Origin: Macrostomum lignano
Lineage: Eukaryota
Direction of reading: 5' to 3'
DNA: 64,000 nt
Assembly (NCBI GenBank): GCA_002269645.1
Contig: NIVC01000385.1
Span: forward strand, 434,001-498,000
The position numbers were made by a program, and so were the translations under genes. Below, one piece after another: positions 46,380-57,200 of the stretch (its first letter is position 1; every line of letters starts with the position of its first letter). Under the pieces are notes generated by a model, which worked only from the letters and a program-made list of their open reading frames with translations, had not been told where the DNA came from and did not search any database.

Positions 46380-48675
46380 AGGTCAGATGCTTGATGAATT
46401 CAATCTCATTATTCAGCGCCTTATTAACGCCGCTCAATTCTTCAAGATCGTAGCTGGTAGTTCTTGAGGCAAATAACTGTTCGGCTTTTTCTCGTTTCAA
46501 CTCTAGCAGACGCTCCGGATCCCAGGGTAGGTAGCCTTTCCACAGGTAGATAATTAGATAGGATATGCTAATTAGATCGTCGGCTCGGCTGGGACTCCAC
46601 TGCTGCAGAACGAAAGGGCTGGCAAAGAATGAGTCGTTCAACGACACCGGGCGTAGCTTCTGACCGCAGGTGACACCTTTGAAGTTTGGATTGTCGCTTA
46701 GGAAACTGCGAAGTTGAGACAGTTAGGGCTTGAAATTATTCCGGATTGCGGGAAAATAGCCCCAGAATGAATGGGCTTAGTCTATTAAATTGTTTGTGCT
46801 CCATTTGACAACGTGAACGGATTCGAAGACTGTAATTAAATGGTTTCTGGATACGAGTACTGTAAATGGCTCAGATATGCGGGAAGGAATCCTCTCTTTC
46901 AGTTCGTTTGAAATTTATTTACAATGCATCGATAATACAAGAAACACGAACCGCTGAGCGTGCGAATAGTTGACAAGAAAGAGTCGTCCTTTGTGCCTCG
47001 GATAAACGCCGTAGTGAAAGGATTCCAAACTAATATTGCAATGGATGAATCCTTTGTCGTGGAATTCACGGATTCTGTCCAACATTTCGCGCACAATTCG
47101 TCCGATATTTGCTTCGTCCAGTCCTAAGCGGGTTTTTGGGGTAAATTTTGCTCAAGCTGAGAAGTTAAATTACATGCGACTGATGTACATCTGACTAATC
47201 AGCAGACAGCTCACCAATATGATGACGAACATTTCTAACGCCTCTAAGAAGGTCGGATTTTGCCGTGTCAGAGTGAGACGACTTGCTGACGTAGTCTCGG
47301 AAGATTTGCTCCAAGGATGGTCCAACCAGTGTGGTAACCAGCACTGCGTACTCGCATCCACTGTGACGCTGCGTCTGCGTGCGTTTTAATGGGTATGAGC
47401 GTGCATGGCTACGAGTACACGTGTACCATTTATTGCAAAGCTGATCTACCTCAAGGTCAGAAAACTCCAGCCTCTCTATACGGCGCTTGGGTCCTTTCAA
47501 AGTTTATACTACGCTCGTAGCAATCCGACCCATTCAAGGTTTGTGTATCTCCTCTCCTATCTCCCCTCCTCTCTCATCTCTCATCTCTTTTTTCTTCTCT
47601 TCTCTATTCAGCAATGTTCTTTATCAGGCCATTGAGGTAAAACAATTTGCGGACCCCTGATCTACCTTAATTGCAATTGTTGCAGTGAACTGCGGAAAAT
47701 GTGACACAAACGATTGTATTATTCAACTTTCAGACATATAGGATCAAATTGGCCCCGATTGCAAACCTCCTAGACAACCTACACCATCAGTTTGAGACAC
47801 TATGGTCGACTCATTGTAAGTCCTCTTACGAGGTAAAGTCAAGCTTGTACGTGAAACATACAGGTTCTTCAGAAAGAGAGAGAGAGAGAGCAAAACACAG
47901 CGCCAAAGTTAATACGTGACTCACCGTGTCGCATAGAATCTGTGGAAAACTGTCAACGCCTTCAAAGAATGACAAAAGGTGAGCCTCTTTGCGCAGGTGA
48001 CAGTCCTCTGAACGTCCGCTGTCTATGGTACCAACCGAGTCGCGCTTCGCTTCCAGCATCTCCGTTCGCACAAGGACCCACGGCAGTTTGTAGAGCATGA
48101 GCTCTTTATGCAAGATTAAAATGCAGGGATTCTTGATGGCTATTAAAGAGACAAGCAGCTATTAACCTACATTTACATGTAAAAAGATATGTACAGCTTT
48201 AATGTAAATCTTGCACACTAAACCTAAAATATGCAATTTTTTAGAACAGAATCCAAATTAATGTAGCCTCACGCGGAACCAAGGCTACGTCATGTAAGGC
48301 TACCTACGCAACATAATGTAATGTAACGTAAAAGTACATCAAACGACGTCGCCGACGTCAGACTGCTGTACGGAAAATGTAATTCAATGCAAAAGTACAT
48401 CAAACGACGTCGCCGACGTCAGACTGCTGTACGGGAAAGGCCTTATATATACACAGCTTCTACTCACGCTGTAACTGCCTCCCAGCCATTCGAGTCTTGT
48501 GCAGGATGATCATATTCAATTGGTTGGAAGGCAGCGCTTTGCGATCGTGAGCCAGCATGATGCGACCGTTCAAGTTGAATAGGCCAATCTGTGAGAAGCA
48601 TTGGAATTGTTCAAGCCGGTCTTTAAACGACTCGCCTGATTCTAAATCGTTTCTTAATGATATGCTGTGTCCCAT
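46380..48675 (-). CDS. Casein kinase 1 superfamily (CK1/TTBK/VRK-like) pseudokinase, exons 48675-48468, 48139-47925, 47368-47215, 47123-46952, 46705-46380; continues downstream
   Basis: Phase-consistent GT-AG exons give ordered kinase motifs: FQCFSQIGLFNLNGRIMLAHD (I), VLVRTE (II), LRKEAHLL (III), YAVLVTTLVGPSLEQIF (V; CK1 YNVMVMELLGPSLEDLF), FHDKGFIHCNISLESF (VIb), FLVNYSHAQRF (VII), SRADDLISISYLIIYLWKGYLPW (IX; CK1 SRRDDLESLGYVLMYF..GSLPW). Confidence 0.8.
48327..48437. repeat. Direct duplication of a ~50-bp segment (61-bp offset) containing paired GACGTC palindromes, in intron 1 of the pseudokinase
   Basis: AAAAGTACATCAAACGACGTCGCCGACGTCAGACTGCTGTACGG occurs twice. Confidence 0.85.
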
Positions 48676-49077
48676 GATTTCTATCAATTAGCCTGACTAA
48701 TCTGTTATCAACTGATGAATTGATTGCCTTTACGAGCCAGTAAAGGTGGCCTGGCACGATAAAATGTTAGTGACAAGTCTATGGCCAATGCATTCAATGG
48801 GTAAGGATTTTGGTAGATACTTCAGTATATAGCTGGCATGTGGTCACCATTAACATTGTCAAAAATCAGCCTTTAGGATAATGCAATCGTCTATGGTTAA
48901 ACCATGAGCACATTTATTTATTTTTTCACTTAAACTTCAGGATAATGATTTCAAACTCGGGATAATGGACACCTATTTTTAGAACAAAACAGCAAACACC
49001 AACAACAAAAGATTAGCGCTATGGAAAGTTAATTGTGCAGTATCAATATGGCGCAATTGTCATAGTGCCGAAGACCA

Positions 49078-49395
49078 TTACAGATTGCAATTGTTGAAAG
49101 TGCAGTTGTTCATAATAAAGATATTCCGACTGTTCATCTGACGACCATCAGACACGCTCACTGCTTCTTGCACGATGGAACTTTGGATGCTGATGTCAGC
49201 AGGCATTGTTACTTGACCGTGGGTCGCGGCGCTTTGTCCCATGTTCAACGCACGCGACACTGCATCGCTGCATTGTTGCAGGGACTTGTCCCGTTTAACT
49301 GCCAGGTAGCGCCGGACCGTGCTCTCGGACTTTTGACCCGTGATAGCCATGATCTCGCTCATCGAATGCCCAGCCGATTCCAGGTCTCAAGAAAG
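49078..49395 (-). pseudogene. C-terminal remnant of a Crypton-type tyrosine recombinase (DUF3504-like)
   Basis: LESAGHSMSEIMAITGQKSESTVRRY resembles the YR box-II motif (.IM..TGH.S..SL..Y) with H>Q, and it has a typical low-complexity tail ending NNCTFNNCNL*. In-frame stop immediately upstream. Confidence 0.55.
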
Positions 49396-50011
49396 TGCAA
49401 GAAGTTCAAAAAGTCTTCGTTATCCTTCATGTCCTTCTGAGATGTGGAAAGTCTTGAGATCCAATTGAGTTCGCTGCTAGATACGTTGGCTAAACTTTCG
49501 ACAGGCAGATTGCCCCAGTTGATCGGATATGACGTCTGGTTCTCCATGGCCAAGCGAATGTAGCTATTTACGTTTTATTCTCTCTTTATCTCCACATCTC
49601 CTTCCTTTCCACCCTCTTAACCCCCAGCCTGTTTGCAACTTCGTTGTTTATGGCCCAAACTCCAGTAAACCACCTCAGTCTTTATGTCTCTCTCTCCTTG
49701 GTAACCCCTCTCTCCTTTCGATGCCCTTTTTGTCTATGGCCCCACTGAAATTCGACAATGCGGTTATTCGTAAGTGAGACTTTAGGATAATAGCCAACCA
49801 TTGTCAAAAAATCAGCCTTTGGGATAATGGAAGTGTCTTTGGGTTCTAAAAATAACTCACCGTTGTCCGAGGTAAACAGGATTATCCAAGAGGTTTCAAA
49901 GAAGAAATATATTGAATATATTGAATATATTGAATATAGAAATACATAAGAAAACAGTGGATCAGTTTTGACCATAGACACTTCCGTTAAAATTCCGTTA
50001 ACACTTCCGAA

Positions 50012-50152
50012 AGAACAATAGGAAAACCGAAAAGGCAGTGGGAGGATGACCTGAAAGAATGGACTGGATGGACAATGGAGAAGCTAAGCAGAGCAGCGAA
50101 GGACAGGCAGTGGTGGCGGAAGCTGGTGCATGAATGGGTGCGCTCACGTTGA
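50012..50152 (+). mobile_element. 3' end of an RTE-clade LINE ORF
   Basis: GKPKRQWEDDLKEWTGWTMEKLSRAAKDRQWWRKLV matches the RTE C-terminal motif (GRP..RW.D.IKEWTG.....L..A.DR..WR..V). Confidence 0.75.
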
Positions 50153-50276
50153 CAGCTATTCCTCACTTCAATCTTTGAGTAGTCAAACATTAAGAGTTCA
50201 TCAATTATTGCAAGGAAACCCGAACGCAATGTGGTAAATGCTCATTTAGCAAAGGAACTGATGTTAAGCACCAGCC

Positions 50277-50548
50277 AAGAGGCAGCTCAGCAGTGAACGC
50301 GTCGACTCTCTCGCCACATCGACCCCAGCTGGTTCGATTTCGTGAGCGGCTACATTCATTTTAGGGCCTGTGTGCACAAAAATTGGCCTAATAAGGGGTC
50401 AGCTGTCGTGTGCGATTCACGACCCATGAAACGAAAGCCAACCAAGGCACAGGGAGTGTACATTGCCTGACAATTAGAAAGTCAAAGGTCGCTGTACATC
50501 CTGTGTGAGCGTGTGCAGAGTACATGCATGCGTACAGTATTGGCGCGC
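50277..50548 (+). mobile_element. tRNA-derived SINE, apparently full length
   Basis: A-box-like GCAGCTCAGCAGTG, B-box-like GGTTCGATTTC; 3' body GTACATTGCCTGACAATTAGAAAGTCA..GCTGTACA.CCTGTGTGA shared with 36138-36225 (+) and 57228-57330 (-). Confidence 0.65.
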
Positions 50549-51717
50549 TTGTACCTTATGTGCTCAGGAGTCAGCGGAATGCAGTGATGTCAAGGAATTG
50601 CTGAGCTGATGTCAAGACTCATGTGGGAATTGCTGAAATTCTATGCCAATGGTTGATTGGGAGTTGTTGGCAGGCCAACCATCAAAGGGAGAGTTAGGAT
50701 TATGCCAAATGTCAAAGCCCATAGGGGATATCGTAGGTCAGATAGCTGTCTTTCGGCTACCGGTATACTCGTTCGTCACTGACATCACTGACAAATAAAT
50801 CAAAACTGCAACTCGAATTGATTTCTCATTTTAAACTGGTTGTGCGAAAGACACAACAAAGAGAAAAAATATTTAAGTATCATGATAATGCTTTTTTAAT
50901 TGTTAGTAAACCAATAGGACCATTGTTATTTGTCAAATGACAATTAATAATATACGAAACCAATATAATGCACAGCAATATAATATCAATAAGTGTGACC
51001 TGTGGCTAATAAAAATTTTATCAGCTGCTTCTAGACGCACAATAAGCCTTGATAAAGTGTAGATCAAAACAGTAACAATAAATGTCAAATAAAATAAACA
51101 TCACAAAAACCTTCCAAGCAGAAAACCGGCGACAACAAAAAGCCAAAATTAAAAATTATCTAAGCTAAAAAAACCACATTGAATGATTTTTAATGCAATT
51201 ACAAGTCTGCAGTTGTAGCAATAATGCCAAAATTCTAATAATGCAGAAACGAAAATATCATATGGAATTGACGGGAATGACATCTATGAAAAACAGACTA
51301 ACAAATCTTCTTAATATATTCCAATATTTGATATATATTCCACTGAAGTTTAAGTACTGAGTGTGACACAGTTCTATTAAGCACAGAAAGCAAGGAAGAC
51401 TAATTAACTAATAACAACATATCCACACAAAATTAATGAGACTGATACAATGTGGGAACACTGGAATTGACGCAAAATTAACCAAAACGACAATGTTATA
51501 CACCCAATAAAGCATAGATAGATGATGAGTACTAACTGACTGATAAATGAAATACTTTAGCTTGCTAGTATTATAATGTTGATATAATATGTTAAACGCT
51601 TGAACGAACAATTGCATTATATAGAATTTAAAGACAGTAAATATTTATAATCAATAACTGTATTGTAGTGGTTCACAATTTTTAAGAGCCAAGACTTTAA
51701 AAATGGTGCTGGCTTTA

Positions 51718-53728
51718 TCAGTTCTTGTTGACTAGGTTAGTTCTCGAGTCGCTCATCTCAGTGTCACGATTGGCAGCCGCTGCTACGTCACCTGAGTCGC
51801 CTGACGAATCGCTGAGGAGTTGATGCGTTAGTTAAAGAGCTTCAATCGTTCTGCACATTGAATGACTGAGTTATGGGACAGGGGGGGGGGGCACACTGAA
51901 TGACAGAGTTATGGGACAGGGGGGGGGGCACACTGAATGACAGAGTTATGGGACAGGGGGGCACACTGAATGACTGAGTGAGGGGACAGAGGGGCACACT
52001 GAATGACTGAGTGAGGAGACAGAGGGGCACACTGAATGACTGACTGAGGACAGAGGGGCACACTGAATGACTGACTGAGAGGACAGAGGAGCACACCGAA
52101 TGACTGAGTGAGGGGACACAGGAGCACACTGAATGACTGAGTGAGGGGACACAGGAGCACACTGAATGACTGAGTGAGGGGACAGAGGGGCACACTGAAT
52201 GACTGAGTGAGAGGACAGAGGAGCACACCGAATGACTGAGTGAGGGGACACAGGAGCACACTGAATGACTGAGTGAGGGGACAGAGGGGCACACTGAATG
52301 ACTGAGTGAGGAGACAGAGGGGCACACTGAATGACTGACTGAGGACAGAGGGGCACACTGAATGACTGACTGAGGACAGAGGGGCACACTGAATGACTGA
52401 CTGAGAGGACAGAGGAGCACACCGAATGACTGAGTGAGGGGACACAGGAGCACACTGAATGACTGAGTGAGGGGACACAGGAGCACACTGAATGACTGAC
52501 TGAGGACAGAGGGGCACACTGAATGACTGAGGGGACAAAGGAGCACACTGAGTGACTGACTGAGGACAGAGGGGCACACCGAATGACTGAAGAACTAAAT
52601 GATAAATGTTCAGGGAAACGCAGACATTGCCATTCAGCAGAATGGAACAGCAGTTAAACAAAGCAGTAATGGCTACGGTTATATCAGCTTACATTTTCTT
52701 GCGCAATGCTCTGACGCCATAGAGAATGCCGCAGACAGCCATGAGACCGCACGCAAACCACATAGAAATTGACGTAACGCAGAGAATCAATGGAATTATA
52801 GCGGCACTGAAAGTAAAAACAAATGCAAGAAAGAATGAAATATTAACGAAAATCTTGCTCAAGCATTAACTTTCTTACTCACATTATGTAGAATACAGCC
52901 TTCAGAAAAGGTGGGAACCGCTGCGAGAAATCGTACACTTTGTCCGTGCACTCGAACATTAGGCAGCAGTAAGGAGCTTCAAACACAACTAGAAGAAAAC
53001 CAAATACTCTGAAAAGTTAAGAATAAAGTAAGATAAAGTATTTGGCTTAACTAGAAATAGAAGTAAAATCAAATTACTAGACTGCATTAATTATCAAATG
53101 CAGTCTAGCTTTTGTTACACTACTCACCCTAAAATGATTCCAGCAACAAAACAGTTAGCACTAAAAGTTACACAGTTATAGACGCCCATGGCAATTGACA
53201 CTAAAATTAGAAATAAAATATTTGTACGAATAAGGGATGATTAGGTTTGAAACATAAAATTACAATGAATTAGTCAATATAGCAACTAATAGAAGTCTCA
53301 GAGGCCTTAACTCCAAAAATTTTGGTATATTTGGTATATTTTTTGGTATATTTGAAAGAAAAAATAGCAATGGCTAAGTATAGTGCTTAGTTGATCCAAG
53401 CTAGAAAAATCACATATTGTGAAATTATTAGTAGGCCTAGACTTAAAAATGCATGACATATTGCATCAGTCTCGGATCTTGATCTTGGATGTTTAAGTAC
53501 TCTTGTTTTTAATATGAGTGTATATTGGATTTCAAAACTTTAGCATTTAGTTACATTGTCACAAGTCTAGTATTCTTAGTAACTCCATATTATATTCGAC
53601 TGAAGATGAATAAGGGAAAATTTAGTGAAAAATAGTAACTTACAAACGCCTGCGATGCAGCCAACTGCTTGAGCACCATATACGAGGCATCTGTCACCCG
53701 CATTTAAACTTGTTTCTTTGCTAGCCAT
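51718..53728 (-). CDS. CACFD1: Calcium channel flower homolog (fwe/CACFD1), 5 exons: 53728-53644, 53200-53128, 53008-52883, 52806-52693, 51811-51718; 163 aa
   Basis: Canonical splice sites, matching phases, 492 nt. The translation ..GVYNCVTF..AGIILGVFGFLLVVFEAPYCCLMFE..KAVFYIIAAIIPL..GILYGVRALRKK.. parallels human CACFD1 ..GLFNCITI..LLLCEAPFCCQFIE..KAVFYCGMAVVP..GVLYGLSALGKK (recalled sequence). Confidence 0.9.
51860..52585. repeat. ~33-bp minisatellite (GCACACTGAATGACTGAGTGAGGGGACAGAGGG) in the last flower intron
   Basis: Visible 29-35 bp period. Confidence 0.95.
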
Positions 53729-54259
53729 TTTAGGAAGTGAAGAGTGCCTCAAACTCAATCCAAAAGTTATATCGTAATATTGGCGTATTATTCTTGACTG
53801 TCAAATGGTCCTCAAATCAAACAGGAATGAGACCGTTCGTATCAACTTCAACTATCAACTAATTGGTAGGTAAGGTCTTGAAATTCAGTAAATAAACGAA
53901 GTTTAATAACTTAAAAATCGGAAACTAAATTTATCACAGCATGTAAACACTGATATTTCAATATTGCATAAACTTTTTGTAAGTAATGCAATATTTGTAT
54001 AAAACTAAGATAAAATACGCAAATGAGGAAGACTCCCTGGTGTTTTTGCTGTTAAGTTTAGAAAATTTTGTTTTGTGCTTTAATTAAATGTACCTTTTTA
54101 GGTTTTGAAATTGCAGGAAACGATCAAAGTTATAACGTGAGTGCGCGTGTAACTATAATAATATGGATGTCTAACAGACCCAGTTTAGTGCCTGTGTCAC
54201 TCGCATTTGGTGCAGGTAACATTGAGCTGCTTGAAACGTTTTATTTTTAGAACAAAAAC

Positions 54260-57200
54260 ATGGCAGAAGGCTTGATACATCAGTTCAAGCAGCTTGGCTT
54301 TTGTGGTTGGCTGCAAACAGGAGGTATGTTACATACTTACATATGCATATATATATATAATGTATAATGTATGATGTATAATATGTGATTATGTAAAAAT
54401 ATGAATTGTTAAGCCTATTTGTCATTTAATTTTGTTTTTAGTTAGTTGATTAATTCATTTTTCTATAAATTACATACCTGAGAACCAGTGGGGCCTAATG
54501 CCATACTCATAGCCTCATAGCAATGCTTAGCCAACTAAATTTTCTATAATATGCCCTGCCAAATAGTCATCTAGATGTAGCTTATTATATCTATATTATT
54601 AATTATATAGATAATTTGATTCGTGTAAATTAACTATAGTTTTTTATAAAGCAAATAGAAATAAATAGGAGGCTAGGCCTAATAGTGATAGTTATAAAAA
54701 ATCATTAAAAGTTAGATATAATGTTATAGTCTAGTACTCTAGTAATAAGCAATTAGTTAGGCTAAGAAGAAAAGTTTTATTTTATTAAACTAGTTTGATC
54801 TATGTTCTATTATAAAGTCTTTAGTTTTTTTCTATCAAGTGAAGATTAATCATATTTTAGTAGTAATAGCTCATATCATTTAATAAACTTTAGAGACTTC
54901 TTTAAATATATAATTTATACTTCTTCAACTTTAAGAATATAAAAATACTTCTAATTCTCTCATTTTTACTGTTGCTAGGCATATAGGAGGCTTCCAAAAT
55001 GATTAAAAAGCAAAAAAGCCTAATGATAAAGCCAAATTAATTAATCTCCTATGTTGTCAATTAGAATTCAATATAGATTTTTTACTAATTATGTATTTAA
55101 AAATAAATATTACTTGAAGCAAGTGTATTAAATGAAGTTGATAAAGATATAAAATTAGAAAATTAATAGTAATTTTTAAGTGCTTCTAAATACTAATTTG
55201 GTAAATAAAACCATAAAAGCAATATATTCTCCATGTCTCAATTCTTGGTTATAGACCTCTTGGTCAGCTATCTGCCAAGAAATAATTATATATCAAATCT
55301 CTAATCAAACCCCATGCTTTTAGTAAAGTTTAGCTTTGTATATACTCCTTTTTTGTTTTAAATATTACTTTGAATATTAAAATTATAAAATTAACACCTT
55401 TGTTTTAGAACTCGAAGCCTACTTGGAGAAAACACTTAGTGCCAATGGATTGTTCCTAATACCAAATTGGTTTCCACAATTTTGCCTAGTGCTAGAAGAA
55501 TTCAGAGAATTTTATTTTTTCAATTCAGAGGAGGTAAGAAATGCCTTTTTATAGCAGTCATGCCCTAAATTATTTATTTGCATTGTTTTATATTGCATGA
55601 AATATTTATGTTAGCTTTTTATAGGTTATTATAATTACAGTTTTTTATGAGTATTAAGACAACCTATTTACTGAGTGCTTATAAATATATTGTTGTCTCT
55701 GTTGTTAACTGCTGTTTTATTTTGCAATTGTATTGCAAAGACAGGCATAGTAAAGACACCCAAAGTTATACTGGCTCTCTCATTTTTTGACAAAACTCTG
55801 TGGCCATATTTTGCTTTCTTCTCAATCTCTGTTGTCTCTATTGTCTATGGTCCAACTTATCTTTCTTCTATATAGGACTTCAACTTTGAATGTCTGTTTT
55901 CTAATTTTAAATGAGAAAATCTATTAATATCACTTTTTGCAGTCAATTTTCCATTCGGGGCTTTCAAAAGTGGACACAGAGACTATGTGTCTTCGCCTAG
56001 TCAAAGTAGTCTATGGCCCAAACCAAAATGGCTTGAAGGGTGCGCAATTAGTTTTCCACTCGTATATAAAACCAAAAGATCTTGGCAAGTCCTACAGTGT
56101 TACTGTGTCTCCCCGTTTGTGGGAATGAATGATGAGTCGCCGAGTTTCATCGCTAATTTTAGCTTTTTGGCCTTGTGGAGGTTAAAACTTCTCTATTGGA
56201 GAGCAGACAACGCGTCAATCAATTCGTCAGAGAAGAAGGGCTCTTTGTTGTTTTACTTAAGTTTAGAGCTTGTCTGTAACTTGACCAAAGCCTTTCAGAA
56301 CAGCATCTGCACTGAATGATCTCAGCATAGCTTGGCCATAGACAAAATTCTGCTCCTTTTTCCATGGAGTCTTCTGCTTACAGGTTGTGGAAAATTGATT
56401 GCCTCAGTTGGAAAACTGATTGCGCCTTTAAGCCATCTTGGTTTGGGCCATAGACTACTTTGACTAGGCGAAGCCACAGTCTCTGTTTTCCACTTTTGAA
56501 AGCCACAAGTCATTTGCGAATGCTGGAGTCACGCAAAAAGTACTTAGATAATATAGAATCTGACATAATACAGTGTTATAACCGCGTGATTAATGAACCC
56601 ATAATTTATATAGCGAATATACTAATGTGCAAGTAAAGACTTATTTCAGCGGTCTGTAAATAGTTTAGTGTCTTGGTTTTAGTTCAATTTATAATTATAT
56701 AGGCTAAACAGTTTTTCTAAGTTCTAATTCTGGCTACAATCTTCTTGTATGCTTGCACGAGCGTATGTGCATGCATTTAACAGATGTTTTCTACTTTCCT
56801 GTACCATTTTGTACACAGATGAACGAATATATGGTTAATCTATTTATATATATACAGCCATTTAGCTCTTCAGCTTCTACACTTTTTAACTTAACATGAA
56901 TTTATTAGACTATATAAAACTATACCAGACTGCGTAAATTCATAATAAAATAATATTCTACTAAAGGATTTTAAATGCTTTCATTTCTATATAGGCATTG
57001 CGCTTGACTGCTCCTTACCCTTAGTAAGTCTTGATTGAATATCGGTGTATGAAATTTATTCTTTGATGACAATGGTAAGTAGAAAAACATTTAGTCTGAA
57101 ACCAATAAACTTTTGCAGGAGGGCTGCGGGCAACCCTGGCGCAACGCCTTTGGCGATATTGTCCCACAGCCAGCCAGTGTTGAGGAAATTCTGCCCATCT

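Noticed and set aside
51820-51850. Stop-codon readthrough (TAA-CTA) in the flower last exon
   Set aside because: A better acceptor at 51811 (CTAAC branch point plus CTCCTCAG) places the TAA in the intron, so readthrough is not needed.
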